A stretch of 62,247 nt of DNA, filler included, from Choristocarpus tenellus KU-1152 (taxonomy: Eukaryota; Protista; Phaeophyceae): assembly GCA_964200185.2 (NCBI GenBank). It is 9 parts of 9 records of this genome, joined end to end, with 100 filler letters (N's around TTAATTAATTAA, not from the genome) between each part and the next. Parts side by side here need not be neighbours in the genome. Positions count along the whole stretch, not along the records: positions 1 to 5,290 come from CAXNAD020011257.1; positions 5,391 to 15,356 come from CAXNAD020003237.1; 7 more parts are not named here. One strand, given 5' to 3'. Under the pieces are notes generated by a model. That model made no database searches, was not told where the DNA came from, and saw only the letters and a program-made list of their open reading frames with translations. Made by a program: the position numbers and the translations under genes. Shown piece after piece: positions 1 to 13,600 of this stretch; position 1 is the first letter of the stretch; each line of letters opens with the position of its first letter.

Positions 1-562
1 GGATGTGACCTATCTATCCCTTTCTTGTACAAACCACATCATCACCCTTTAATAAATATTTATAACTAGTGGAAGAAGACTTATGTATGTATGTATTGTA
101 TAATACAATATGTAGTGTACCATATATATAAGTATACCATAACCGTTACCGGCTTCCCTCCGGGGGGCCCGTCTATCCTTATACCTTTGGCTTGGTTAGG
201 GTCGCTTCCAAATCGTAGCTGTGCCTTCCACAAGCACCGAAATATTTTTGAACAAAAATATATCCCATTCAAAAAGGGGCCCTTAAAGGTGCCGCAACAT
301 TTACTAATAAAAACATAAGGGCACTTTCCGCGCACCATTTTCGGTCAAACCCATCCTCCATAGTATGCTCCATCCTCAATTTTGGGGAGAGGCTGTTTAC
401 TACCCCACCCACCACTACACTACTACTACTATCGCTACTACTACTAACTACACTGCAACTTTTCAATAATTGAATGTATTGACAGGAACAGGTATACCAG
501 AGTGTTGTTAACCACACTATTTTTCAAACATCTCTCACCACATAGCCACAAGACGACTGACC

Positions 563-3500
563 ATGGCCGACTTTGACGTCGATGCTGATCTCAAATCAGG
601 GACAAAGAGGGCAAGGGTTGGACAACGTCCCAAAGACGTAAGGATAATCCCCTCAATTATATTCTTAATTTCATGATCACCCCGTTGGACAATCCTGTGG
701 AGACCCCTGCATCAAACTTCGTTGCCCTTGGTCCTCCCTATCTCGTCAGTGCCAGCACTTCGATTGACTGTGTTGCTGATCTTGTCAATATCGTATGAAG
801 TCTCCCCAGGTGCCGGACTTCGGTGCGGACTCTGATGATGAGGGTTGCGGCACGAAAGATGTTGTTGCTCCCTCGTCTATGATTGTGCAATTTACATCGC
901 TGGATGGCGAGTCAAAAGGCCCGCAAATAGATGTACCGCTGGGGTCTACCCCGTTGCAGATGGAAGAATTGGTTAATCAGTTACTCGAGAATGACGGAAA
1001 GGTGAGACTCTGGTGTCTGTATTCCCGGGGTCGTGACCTGGACATCCTTGAGTTGTGCCAACATAATGGGCGTCCTGAGACGGGTGTGGTTTGCCATGCC
1101 AGTGACGCCGCATCCTCACGAGTATCGCGGCATCACTATACCGTTAGTGGAAACCCCGTTGTCAAGATATAGCCATTTGTGCTGAGGTGATGATCTGTAA
1201 TCAATAGGAGAGTTCGAGCCTAATTGTCACCGATCCTACCTTGTCACTTCAACTTTGAGAATCCCCCAGGTACCTTACACCTTCTACGTCAAAGACACCG
1301 AGGTTATCGAATCGCTGGAGCGGACAGTGGCAGACTTGGGTGGGTTGGCTCAATGGCACAAGGGTGGAGGTGTAATGGATGGTATATCGTGTTGGAGGGG
1401 TGGTATTCTCGTCTTTGCATTACTACAACTACATAGTAGCAGTACAACGCGATTGCAATATTGCTACTCGCTCTATTTTTATATCAACTGCTTTAGGTAG
1501 AATCACTGCCGTTTGCGCCATAATGGTGTGAGCCATGTGCCTTCCTAACATCTTGTAGCTATCCCACGTATTTCATAGGAGATCAGGCTATCTAGCTCCA
1601 TCTAAGAAACATATAACTCAAGTACGGAAAGTGTGCTCGTCCCATTTGGACATGACGTGGCACCAGTTGATTGCTGTGACAGAAACGATTGTGGTGAGGG
1701 CACAAGTGAATGGTGATTTTCATTCACACTTTGCCCTGGTGCTTGTGAAGCTGCTCATAGTTAGTTGCCACTGGATCTTGAGGAGGGGCAAGCCCACCCC
1801 CTCGACAGTATTTATATTGCACGTACGTTCAGGGTCACCACCAATTGCAGTTCGGAAAATGGAATGGTGATGTAACCATTTGGGTTGTACCTTGAAATTC
1901 TTTGTTCTGTGTTATCCACCAAGCATTTGCTCTACCACAAGGACTCAAAACTGGATAGCTACCCTACCATGAATTGTTATAGTTGAGTAGGAGTTGTAAA
2001 TCATGGCCCTATAGTTGCTTTTACAACCCTCCTGCAATCTTTCTGATTGTTAGCTTTGACAGATATCTTTGTTGAACAGGTATTTCAACAGAGGCTGTCC
2101 TTCGCGTGGTCTACCAGCCCCTTGCGGTGTTCAGGGTGCGCCCTGTGACACGATGCACCAGCACCATGCCTGGTCACACCGAGGCTGTTCTGCATGTGAG
2201 CTACAGTCCGGATGGGAGCTTGCTGGCTAGTGGAGGTGGGGATATGACCGTCAGGTAAGCTGTTGCCGAGGAGTGCTTCAATCTCTTTCTTTGGCTGGGT
2301 GGGAGGTATTTCTGTTTTTATTGTACCCAGGTAAAATGTGCTCAAATGATAAATATGATGTATATCAAATTATCTAGATAATCGTCTTCTGAACCCTGCC
2401 CTGAGCTAGGACGGATTATGATTGAAGTCCCTGCTTCTACTGTAGGATTCAGTGGCAAGACTTATCAAATGCCATCTACTATTATCTTGTATTTTGTGTT
2501 CATCTTTTGCTTAAAATCTGAAGGATGCTACATTGCTCTTGTTCAACATGTAGGCAAGGTTTGATAGCAATTGGTGGTGCGTCACTTTATTGGGTGTATT
2601 AAGCAAGACAGTGTTGTGAAGAATCACCAATCCCACAAGGTGCAAGACTACCCATCCTCTTACTCAACACCTTTCTATCATCACATCTCTTGTTCCCCTG
2701 CGACACACACCTGATTTTTTTAATGGCTAGGTTCTGGGATGTGGGCACCTCATTACCACAGTTCACATGTCGAGGCCATCTCCACCATGTCCTGTGCACT
2801 GCATGGTCCCCAGATGGTGAGCTTTAGTAGGTGGTTTAGGCACATGCTAAGATCTTGTCTTGGTTACCAGAAAGGGTTTGAGGGGTAGCCCTTGAGTGGT
2901 GTATTCTTAGGAAAGCACTGTGTCCCGACTGCATGAGGATTGACTTCCTGGTATGTTTGCTATCATTTAGAGGTTTTCTTCATCAGGGAGACTTCGTGCT
3001 GTGCATGTATAAATCTCATTACAAAGGTTGCACCTGATGGGCAATACCTTTTGTACTTGGCTGCTCCTCCTTGATCGCACTATACTGTGGTTCACTATTG
3101 GCTTGTGTGTCAGAGTCAATAAAATATGTCTCATAGGAGACAGTCAGCTTGCTTCTGTAGCAATTCTGGAACTCTATTATAGTTTGAAAGTGAAATCTGC
3201 AATCATTTGGCAGGTCACCTTTTTTTGTCAGACTTCCAGCCTCAATATTTACAGTGCAGTACTATTCAATTTTAATCCAATCAGGCTCGTCCCTTAGCAA
3301 GAAGTGGAACCAATACTATCTCGATCCTTTGACCTAGAAAAAACAATCCCTGTAGAATCTCCTAGAGTTGGCCTCACTTTTTCTGTGTTAGATCAAATAA
3401 ATTATATCAAATTAACCTCCTTGGAGCGACACTGTGCAAACAGGTAAGAGGTTTGCATCTGCAGATAGAAAAGGTGAGGTTCGACTGTGGGACCCCAAGA

Positions 3501-4946
3501 CGGGGAAGCAGCAGGGACATCCCCTCACGGCTCACAAGCAATGGGTCACTTCGTTGAGTTGGGAACCCCTGCATCGCAACGCTACTGGTGAACGGTTAGC
3601 AAGCTCATCCAAGGACTGTCTCATCAAGGTTTGTGTACAATATATTTGTTGGTGAACAAGATGTTAATGTTCTACCACTTCTCACACCTACCCCACCTCT
3701 CTAGTGGTGACGTTCCCCTATAGCCCCGCTCTTTTTTATTGTTGTGTGGTATTATTTGTACTGATATTTGTGCTTTATCTCATTGTATTGTGGTGTGGAG
3801 CATTGATGTGAGATGTGTGTGTGGGAGATTGAAACATCTTGGATGGTTGGAGCTAAAGCTGTGAAAATTGATGACTGCTTGCTTGTTCCCCATGTTTTTT
3901 TAACTGGATTTATGGGCAGGTTTGGAATACCCGCACAGGGCGGTGTGAGATATCCCTCTCAGGACATGCTGACTCTGTGGAAAAGATCATCTGGGGGGGG
4001 GAAGGGTTGCTTTACAGTGCATCCAGGGATCGCACAATAAAGGTGACAACAATGATACCATAGCCACTGCTAGACATGTCCTCAATCACTTGATCAAGCA
4101 ATTGCTGCATTTGCCAGGGCACAAGAGGTACCTTTTGTTGTCCAAGTAAAGTCAGTTACCCTCCAGTACACACCGATGTGTGCTCTGCTTTGGAATGATA
4201 CCCAGCTATGGTAAAACTGTTTAATCTTGAGGAGCAGATCACACCAGTTTATGTGATGACACTTGTCTGATTGGCACTTACCGCTACTCTGTTTTTTGTG
4301 CTCTGCTGTAACGTAGTATGTGGATGAAAATCACCTGCATGACAACTTTCGGAATGTTATCAATGTGCATTGATCTGTATTGCCAAGTTACACTCAAGTA
4401 GCATGGTGCGGCATACTGTATTGTGCTTGGTGCTGCCTTTTCGTTGTTGGGCCTTGTTTCTGTATGAGGTAGCTGAAAGGGATATGAGATAAGGTAGGGA
4501 CTGCTATCAGCCAAACCAGACTTGTGTCTGTTTCCCCGTTAGAATGCACTCATTTTGCTGAAGGTAGACTTTGACTTGAGAACCTGCAAAACAGAGTGAA
4601 GGCACTCACCAGTATTGTATACAAGTGCCTCTGATATCTTGGCAGTCTATGTATTCCCGCTGCATATCGTGGAGTACTTCTGTTGCTATCTTAGGATGTG
4701 TAACATCTGAAGCTAGTTGGTCCTGACCTTGCACAAGGTGTGGAATGTGGAGGGGAAGAGTGGCCGATTGGGTGTCCTTGTACGCACACTGGTTGGTCAT
4801 GGACACCGTGTTAACACGCTAGCACTGAGTTGTGAAGCGGTTCTGCGGACAGGACCCTTTGGAAAGGATATTGAAGCAATTAAAACTAATGTTTTCACCC
4901 CAGAGGAGGCAGAGGCAGCTGCCTTGGCACGATACAATCAAGCCAG
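563..4946 (+). CDS. NLE1: Notchless homolog (NLE domain + WD40 repeats; Rsa4), spliced, 3'-truncated at contig end
   Basis: Eight GT-AG exons splice in frame: 563-637, 810-1001, 1270-1339, 2080-2254, 2731-2816, 3444-3628, 3920-4042, 4738-4946. Product includes VPYTFYV...STEAVLRVVYQPLAVFRVRPVTRCTSTMPGHTEAVLHVSYSPDG, SLSWEPLH, IWGGEGLLYSASRDRTIKVW and GHGHRVNTLALS, which are hallmark Notchless/Rsa4 motifs. Confidence 0.96.
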
Positions 4947-5290
4947 GTGAGGAAAGGTTCCTTTAATAATAAGAAAGTGGAGGCTCTGATAGAAGAGTTT
5001 CAATTTCTCTATGCTTGCACATATTGGGATAATTCTGAAAGTTGAAGCTTAGGTAAAGGCAGCATGTTTGAGGATAAATTATCGAATGCATAGGCACTTG
5101 GAGTGTCTAAACCACAGCTACCTCTGGAGCCCCACCCTGTTTCATTGCTGGTGGGGAATGTCCTGACTAGAGTTCTTGTTGCCCCTAATTGACCAGTAAG
5201 ATTATATCCAGTATCTATGCAAAAGAGAGCTACTCTGATAGAGTATTTTGCTTTATGTGGTATGGATTTGTTTATTAGCGGAGTGAGCAC

Positions 5291-5390
5291 NNNNNNNNNN
5301 NNNNNNNNNNNNNNNNNNNNNNNNNNNNNNNNNNTTAATTAATTAANNNNNNNNNNNNNNNNNNNNNNNNNNNNNNNNNNNNNNNNNNNN
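5291..5390. other. Artificial contig linker
   Basis: N44-TTAATTAATTAA-N44, with stop codons in all six frames. Confidence 0.99.
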
Positions 5391-5689
5391 GTGATTCTCT
5401 TCGCCACCCTTGCCTGAGTGAACCACGCCGCCACAGAATCACACGATTCACACATATATGTATATAAAATGTCCTAAACATAAGACTACTATAAACATTG
5501 CGTGGAAACCACTAATCAGTTACTTCATCACAATCAAATATTGTACTACTATCGTCCTTATCTTCCCATCTACCTACTCCTGTGCCCCTGGGGGGCAACT
5601 TCATCACTACTTCACCACTATCAACATTGTACTACTGCCTTCCTGCGCTTCCCATCATCTACCTACTCCTGCGCCCTGCTTTGTATCGA

Positions 5690-6447
5690 TGAATGTCCTA
5701 ACTTCAGAGAACGGGAGCCATGTGCCAATCAAATAATGACAAAAATGCGGAGGAACATCCCCCGCGCAATTTTGAAGGTCACGACTTCAAAACAGAGAAA
5801 AATGAAGTGGTTCTCTGAATTCCCCCCCAAAAAAACTGATGCGGGTTAGGTCGGAGCCCAAATTTAGTGTGTGTGGCGATACTCCAAAAAACCCCAAGAT
5901 CTGCGGACATCTTTTTTAGCACCATTTCCAGACTTATTGTGGGCACACACACACGTGACCCACACAGCAACATGAACCACGCCAGTGAGACAAGGAGAGC
6001 TACCGAGGCCACTCTGCCCCCTGGATCTACCCTCGGCACCTTCTCTATCGAGAGGCGACAGAAAAGCAAGTACCGTGTGACAGTCAGTGCGGTGTTAGGT
6101 GACGAGAAAGTGCGAGTACTGTGGCGCAGCAGCATGATCAATTCGCGCAATGGATCACGCGGCCGTGACATTGACGCTGAGAGAAGATGCATTGAAAGCA
6201 TTACCACACAAACGTGGTTGGATCTTCAACCGATACGGAGAACTGCTCTGCAGCCTTTGCCACCTCGGGAAAGCAGGAAGAGAGCGGCGAGTCCATCACC
6301 AGTTGATACAGGGACGAAGTCTGTGGGGAAGCCTGGTCACGGCGGGCGAAGGAAAAACCAGGGTGGCCGGCCAAAGGGAAGTTTGGGGAGGAGAGCAGTG
6401 CGACAGCGTGCCATTGCGCTGAGGAAACGCCTAAGCGAAAACCTGGG
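5690..6447 (+). mobile_element. Truncated DNA-transposon fragment (paralog of ~15790-16550)
   Basis: Colinear with the 16074 ORF region (MNHASETRRATEATLPPGSTLGTFS vs MNHDGETRRAAETTLPPGGTLGTFS) and has a GRPKG AT-hook-like motif. Similarity stops at ~6450. Confidence 0.7.
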
Positions 6448-8900
6448 TGTTTAGGAGAAGTAGATTCTGACGGTGTATAGTGTCTGCGCTACAAAGGAGA
6501 GTGTTCGTGGATAGTGCTGCTGATACACTGTAGACACTAGCAGTGGAGTAGATTAGGAAAGGTATAGCCAGATATGTATTTCCAAATATTTCAGTTCAGC
6601 TATACCCAACGTACATGTGATACAATGATATTATTTTCTGATTATCCATGTGGACGTTGCAAGTCCCACATGGTAATCTACACCTGTCTCACCCCACAAG
6701 TTCAATCAATAGAATTGAGACCACAAGCCCCTTGTAAAACTAACATTATATTCACACCAAGCTATTTATTGTCCTCTACCAAGGCACACGATTGATCATC
6801 TTAACCGCGGGTCCAGTGTGGAATACTTCAACAGTCTTAACGTACATGATTTGACTGACGATAATGCTCCTTGCAGTCCTATCATGTGAAATTTCACATC
6901 CTACGTAATACTCGAAGTCACCAAAACCCTCAATATAAAACTGCTCCTCAACCTTAGATCGAACCTAAATCAGAACATTATGCAACCCTGCAACCATGAG
7001 ATCTTTAACGTGGGCGGCTAACGCTGCACACAAAACTTCATTTACTTGGTCGTAGAACACAGGGATCTGCTCTACACGGCTCATAACCACACTACTCCAA
7101 ACACGTACCAACAACAATTGTACTTTACTTGCTGGTGCATTTAGCAAACAAGATCTTACTGGACAACGAACCACATCCATCGCACAAAATGAGCAAAAAT
7201 CTCCTACTTGAACTTTGAATGGAGAAAGTTTGATGAACATCTCTATGTATCTATCTATTCCAATCCAACTCTGCAGTAATAGTCCATACCATTCTCAATG
7301 ACGCAGGCAAAGTTGTAATGGCGAAAGTATGATGAAAATCCAATCCCTTGATCTGACTGAAATGTTTTGCTGCCAGACGCCCCAGGTATCTTACAACCTC
7401 TCTAAATTTGTTAAGCTTGTGCTTGTGTATCCACCAAGCATCAACTGCCCTGCGCCCATAGGTAAATTGTCCTCTACCCAACTATCATGCAACAACAAAC
7501 CAGGTATCTTGTCTTCTGCTCTTGCTTGATCCCACAAACAACTCACTCTCAGGAAAACTCTGTGCTGCCTTTACACTCTTGGATTCAGGAAGAAGCTTGT
7601 CAGCAAGCACTCTGATAGACACTCAAAACAAAGGTGCACTCAATGAACACAGACAAACACTTTGAAAAGGCATTGCTGTCAAGTAAAAAGCAGCTCTTGA
7701 TGATTCACCAGAAGGTGTTGCATGGTAACCAGACCTGGTGCCGTGTTGCAGAATATTATTGCTGTTGCCTCTCCTGCTGGAGTTCCCTTATGCTTCTGTG
7801 GTCATAATCTTCCTTACTATCCTCTCCACTTTCTTTGCCCCCTACAATCCAGGAGTTTCCATCCTTGTCACCCCTTAGTTCCTGGGCTGAGGCTAAACTC
7901 TCTATCCCACTCCTGCACACAGGGTAGAACGTGAATAGGATCCAATACTTCCTTGTCGTCCTCAGTGAATGTCCCCCCGTCTTTTCTTTTATTTCGAGGA
8001 GGGAAAACAGATCTACCCGTCTTTGGCCAAGTAACAATGTGTACACCAGCAAGTTGCCACACTTGGCTTGTCTCCATGTCTAGAACTCAAAAGCTCCCCA
8101 TGATATCCGAAGCATGATACACTTCTTTCCTCTGTATTGTGTTCTTCTCCTTTGCTATCTTCCATAGCACAGACTCAATAACATAATTCATGATGCAGGA
8201 ACACATTTATGTGCAAAAGAGAGGGGAATTGCGGGTACACAATCAGGTGACCTTATACAATTTCCATCAGCAACACACATACCTCCATCCCACATAAATC
8301 TGGGGGGTGCCCTCCCTATCGGACATCATTTTGAGTCGACTCCTTGGGGCATAAAGGCAGAGTGGGAGGGCAAGAGATTGTACGTGATGCTGGGCACTAA
8401 TGTACAGGCTTCAGTGTGACCTCAATACGTTTGTTGGGGGCTACCAATATCTTCAGTTCTCAAGGTTCCATAACCTCTTTTACCAGTTTTGGAATTCCAA
8501 TGCCAAGACACATACTCCTTCCTTACTGCTTCAGGTGAAAATCTTACATACACGATTAATCGATATTGGTTACACTGATAGTGCCACCCAAATAACATTT
8601 CTCATACCCTAAGAGTCCCACCTGGTTCATCTTAGTCACAGCATCTAGAGAGAACAGAATCTTTTTAGCTCCGCTAGTGTTCTCCAGCTACAACTTGCAC
8701 CCCCACCTGTTTAGGCATGATTGCCTTATTCTGACAACATATCAACATCCTTTGACCTTTCTTGCCTCAGTAAAAACACTATTGCTGCAGGGCTGGGATC
8801 TGCACCTACCACACATGACACCCTCCCAAGTGATACTATGGTGGTCTCTCTTGTGCTGTTGATTTTGGTGTTATTGCCTTGCAGTCAGGGCATTTTCTTG
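6448..8900 (-). mobile_element. Decayed Ty1/copia LTR retrotransposon (pol remnants)
   Basis: Minus-strand WIHKHKLNKFREVVRYLGRLAAKHFSQIKGLDFHHTFA resembles the copia RT motif W.YK.K...RYKARLVAKGFSQ..G.DF..TFA. An RNase H-like VEDNK lies near 6765-6780 and VPSITYNLL near 8370-8400. Many stops; boundaries approximate. Confidence 0.8.
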
Positions 8901-9242
8901 TCCTCCACGTTACCCGGCCTCCCACTTGAGGGCCAAGTAACTAGATCACGACCGAGCCTACTGGTCCAAACAGCTATGGCAGTGAAGATCACCAGGGGAT
9001 CAGTTTCCCATGGCATTTTGACTGTGAGCACAATATGTGCAATAATTCATGTATATTTTATTGTGACCTCTGACATTATACAGATGCACGAGAGAAAAAA
9101 ACTAAACTAAATCACAAGGACTGATGTAAAGTATACCAGTTGTCGTCAATTCAAAAAGATAACTCTCTTTGTAAACATGAGAATTTTAATAGTACTTGGG
9201 CTGTATATTTCCATGCATATACATTTTATGTTTTTATTATTA

Positions 9243-9603
9243 TGCCTCCGACATTTTGGAGATGTGTCATGGGAAAAAACAATGACAAGCCAATTAAGTA
9301 TCAGAACAACCCCTGCAAATTTATATAGGGACCTTCAAATATCGTATATAGTAACATTAATATTTAACCGCAGAACCTATTTAACCTTTTAGTGTACCAT
9401 TTTCTTCCCTTGTTTGAATTAAATAAGTTAATTTAAAGAAGTGAGAATAAATACGCCTGATCAAACTCTTGAATATATATACAGTAGTACCTACACTGTA
9501 TATTCCAAGTGTTTAGTTATGCCAAACCACCACTGCTTTTGATCACAAAAAAAATGATATTATCGGGAAAATGAAATTACTACAAAAAAGAAATGTCGAG
9601 GCA
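9243..9603. mobile_element. MITE with TGCCTC(C)GACATTT TIR and TTA target duplication (Tourist/PIF-Harbinger-like)
   Basis: tta|tgcctccgacatttt ... aaatgtcgaggca|tta, with an AT-rich non-coding interior. Confidence 0.6.
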
Positions 9604-9856
9604 TTAGAACAGTACAAGCATAAGGAGCACGAGGATTGATTGCAGTTAGGAGCATAAAAGCACTTCTTGTGCTACACTGCCATTTTCAAATCACAATTGG
9701 ATGCCATTCAAGATAATCTTGATATGGGATCTCACTGTTAGAGCTACATGTTAGCACCACTATCAATAATATACTACACTACTACATATATTGAGTTCTT
9801 AGGGTACAGAACAAAATTTATTACAGGTCCTCTTCAGTTGCTGAGCTCCCCCCAGA

Positions 9857-12043
9857 TCAGGAATACCTCCTCAAATCATCCTCCCTCTCAGTCAATTCAC
9901 TGTCCTCTTCTTCCTTGTCCTCCTCCCCCACTGAATCTGATTCACCTACACCTTCACCTACACCTTCACCTCCCCTCTGATCCCCTTCTACACCAAACGT
10001 CCCTTTTCCGTCCATTGAGTTCTCTGACTCCGGTGACATCTGGGTGGATGGAGGGGCGGGGGAGGCTACAGGAGGGGAAAAGAGGGGTGGCAATCCTGTT
10101 CCTTGAATGAGTCTTTCCTCCATTTGTCGGGACCTAGGGGCATGCAGGAGTGGGTTGGCAAGGGGGTGGGGTGGAGAATACAACTCTGCACAACTCCTTG
10201 TTGAGACATGCATTTGAAAGCAGAATAATGCGTATGTGTACAAATCCAGTTGATAACTTGATTCCTTCGCTTCTTGCATAAAAAAATGGATTTTTTTTTA
10301 GAGAATCCCCCCTTTTTGGGACAATCTACAATAGGACGAGCAGCTAGAATTGCCAGGCAACATAATCCAACTATAAAGCGGCAGCATACATGCAAGGTTT
10401 GGCCGCAATAACAGACAGAGCATCTTTCCTTTGATTGTGAGTGACAGGTTTAAACCCTCTCCTACTTGAAACTACTATACTTCTCTCCGTGACAGGTATG
10501 GACTTCTGCCAGAAACATCAATTCACTCTGTCTCACCTATGGCTGCCCCCAGTTCCTTGGACAGGGGGGTCCTCCTCAATGTCTTGCATGAGTTGATCAC
10601 CCCTGCCACTAGTCTCCAGTTGCCTGTACCTTTCCTTCCTCTCTACTCCCTTGTCGTCTACTCCTACCTGGTTCACACCCGGACTCAGACTTGTCTGAGA
10701 ACTAGAACCTGTAGGGTCTATTCCCATTGGACCTCCCTTCTCAGTATGTTCCCCTTTTATCTGTAAAGATGTCGATACTTGTCTACCTTCCTCTACCCCC
10801 CTGTCATCCTGGCGTCTATCCTTTATCCCCGTTCCTATATCCGGACATGTGTGGGATCCCACAAGGCCTGGCGAGGGGGTCATAGTGCTGCAAGCAGAAC
10901 CCCCTGACGATGTCCCACTCCCATGGTCCACCACACTGCCAACACCATCCCTGACCTCGGTTGGTGGGGTCAGCATGGGAAAACGTCCTCCCTTTGCTCC
11001 AGCTTTGCCACAGCATGGAGGTCCCCTATGCGTTGCATCCATCATTCTCCCACTGTCTACCCCACCCCTGGCACTCGCTGCACCTATGGTTTCTTGGTGC
11101 TGGATGAGGGAATAGTTATGCCTCACTGAACTTTGCTGGTGCCGTTTACCACGGATTGATACTGGATCGCAGGTCAACTCCCCACCCTCCTCCCTACCCT
11201 CTTGGTCGTTGCCACTCCAGTCTCGCATGTTCTTTCCTTCTTGGCCTAGAACATGGAGCACAGACCCTTCATTTCTACTGTTACTGGGCTTTGGTCCTGG
11301 CCCAGTGGTTACCTCTAGCCCGGGATTTTGCGTAACTGGGAAGGAGGGTGGTGGTGGGTATCCACGAACACATGGTTGAGCAGGGGGGATGTCATAGTCT
11401 CCTCTTCCAGAGTGCCCAGGTTCATCTGGAGGAATGGGGCGCTTGCATCCTGTAAGCACCACAGATTCTGGCATTATTCTATAATCCTTAGGAGCTGCGA
11501 CTCCTGTTGCCGCTGCCCCTCCTGTTCCTTCAATGCCTGCCCCCAATCTAACCCCATTTGTGAGTGGAGCTGTTAAAATTGGAGGGTCCTCAGGCATGGC
11601 AACTCCATCACAAGTCTCTGAGCGTCGTGTGGTGAAGGTAGTGGTGTCATCAATGGTTGCAGCCTGGGGTGAGGGAAGAGTGTCGAAAAAAGTGTCCCGA
11701 CCACTTAGAAATTCTGACAACTTGCCTGCCAGTGCGGTCTCTGTTTCTGCCCTACATACATCCAGGGGTGACCATCCATAAGAGAGGAGGGATGGCGAGA
11801 TCAGTGTCAATATGGGAGAACAGAGCAGCATATGAATGGGGTAAGATTTATCTAAAATCTGTAGGATGTGATCAAAGAAATGTATGACACAGATATTGTA
11901 GGTATTTTGAGATAACTTGCACAAATCGGTCCACTGAAACACTCCATTTCTTGCACACATTCACCTGCACAAAATACCAGAGCCTCTACTCACAGTTGTC
12001 GTCGCCGATTTGCCCGAGAGTTTTGCCCACATAAGGTAAGTTC
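9857..12043 (-). CDS. Hypothetical low-complexity (G/S/E/D/P-rich) protein, spliced, 5' end unresolved
   Basis: Open ~1.2-kb exon (~10537-11760) ends at a GTGAG donor. An acidic exon (~9857-10133) follows a CCCCTAG acceptor. A small upstream exon near 11995-12043 reads NLPYVGKTLGQIGDDN. No family recognised. Confidence 0.6.
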
Positions 12044-12549
12044 CTGTGCAAAGTTAGCATTCTGCTCTGCAAAGCCCAGAACCATATCCTGATTGTGGGT
12101 TGACATGGCTAGGTCAGAGGTATGTTGTGTAAACCTGATGTAGAAGGTGACACCGAAACAGTGGGTACCTTGAGCAAAGTGAGATCTGAGGAAGGTGGTG
12201 GATATTCCAGTACTCTCTACTTAATCATAAGTGCATATATCGTGGACTATTTACTTGACATTAAACACAAATCCGTGGAAATGGATCGTTCAAGGCAGAG
12301 GTAAAAAAAAGGGGGGACTTTGGAATAAATCGATGCATCTTGAAAAAAATACAGCCAACAAGCACAAACAAATAGAAAAGGAGGAAAACACAACTTACCA
12401 TACAACGGTGAAGATCTTGCAAACATTTTGTTATCCTGCCCTGCAGCACCTGGACTCCTACATTGTTTACGATTCGGGCCTGCCCTGCCATTTCAGGGTG
12501 GCATGGAAGTAATAGTTATCTACTCGATGAGGTTGCACAGGGGGTTCTG

Positions 12550-13600
12550 CCCTTCCGACTACCAACGTTATCTACAATTGAGTAAGATATATCGGCCTTG
12601 TTAAGGCTAGCCTATTTGTACGAGCTCTTTCAAACATATATACGGGGTCACTGCAGTAGTATGCAGATGGTATTGATGAAGCACTACTGGATAGAAGTGT
12701 GGAATGCATGGATAGGACCAACAGAGTCATCGGACTTATGATTGACTTATGATGACCCAATTAGAAGCGACCAATCTAGGGATTTTTGGGTTACCATACC
12801 CAACTGACGCTGGCATAATGATCGCGCTGACCTTTCCAATCTTCCTGTGTTCAGTCCTCATACTTCAATGAGGTGGGCACTAAGTTAACATTATATTAAG
12901 GAGAGAGACAGAGAGATCTCGGTAGCAGTTTTCCTCCCCTTGGACCCCACACATTGGGCATATCCTCTTTGGGGTACACTCACCAAGAAGAGGAACAAGC
13001 ACAACCATCTTTGCCTCTTTGACAGCAGAGAGCTGGCAGTCCACTCTGAGAGTCTGCTAAGGGTAAGAGCGAAACATTAATGCACTGTATGTTATGTGAC
13101 ACCATGCAACTTCTTTCTGTGGAGAAGGTTATTTTCAGACAAATGGTTATGTTCTCCTCTGGTGGCGTGTCCTGGAAGTCAGACAAAAACTTGGATACCT
13201 GCTGATGTTCAACCCATCTGGCTAAGCGTTCCATCAGGAAGTCAAACTCCCCCGCCAGTTGTCCAATCTGGAGGAGAAGCGTAGCCTATCAACGGAGGAA
13301 TGGAGTATGCAGGTGAGGAGACAATGGAGTAGATGGGTTGGGTCACATAAAATCGATTTTGAAAAATATCTGGTTGTGCAAACACATTGACTTTCACCTC
13401 CTTGCGACTGGTGATATTATCAATGATGAATTCGATCGGGATGCGCAATGCATCCTCTATCTTAGAGGGATGCAGCGCTTCCGTAAACATGAGTCTACGC
13501 GTCAGAACCTCTTCGTCAACACACTACTATTTTTAGTAACATCTTTTGAAAAATGGCGTTCATAATATTTGGAGGGTCTTGCGATATTTCCCCTAATTAT
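12550..13600 (-). mobile_element. Probable LINE reverse-transcriptase remnant
   Basis: FDFLMERLARWVEHQQVS resembles the LINE RT region RL..WVE...S..Q.GF. A GVQGG-KLLP-like segment near 12925-12950 resembles GVPQG..LSP. Heavily decayed. Confidence 0.45.

Noticed and set aside
5335-5346. Recurrent palindromic TTAATTAATTAA within N runs
   Set aside because: Identical 100-bp cassette eight times; an artificial six-frame-stop spacer, not biology.
10533-11960. Single-exon 475-aa protein
   Set aside because: The N-terminal ~65 aa read like intron and the ORF ends at a GTGAG donor; it is an internal exon.
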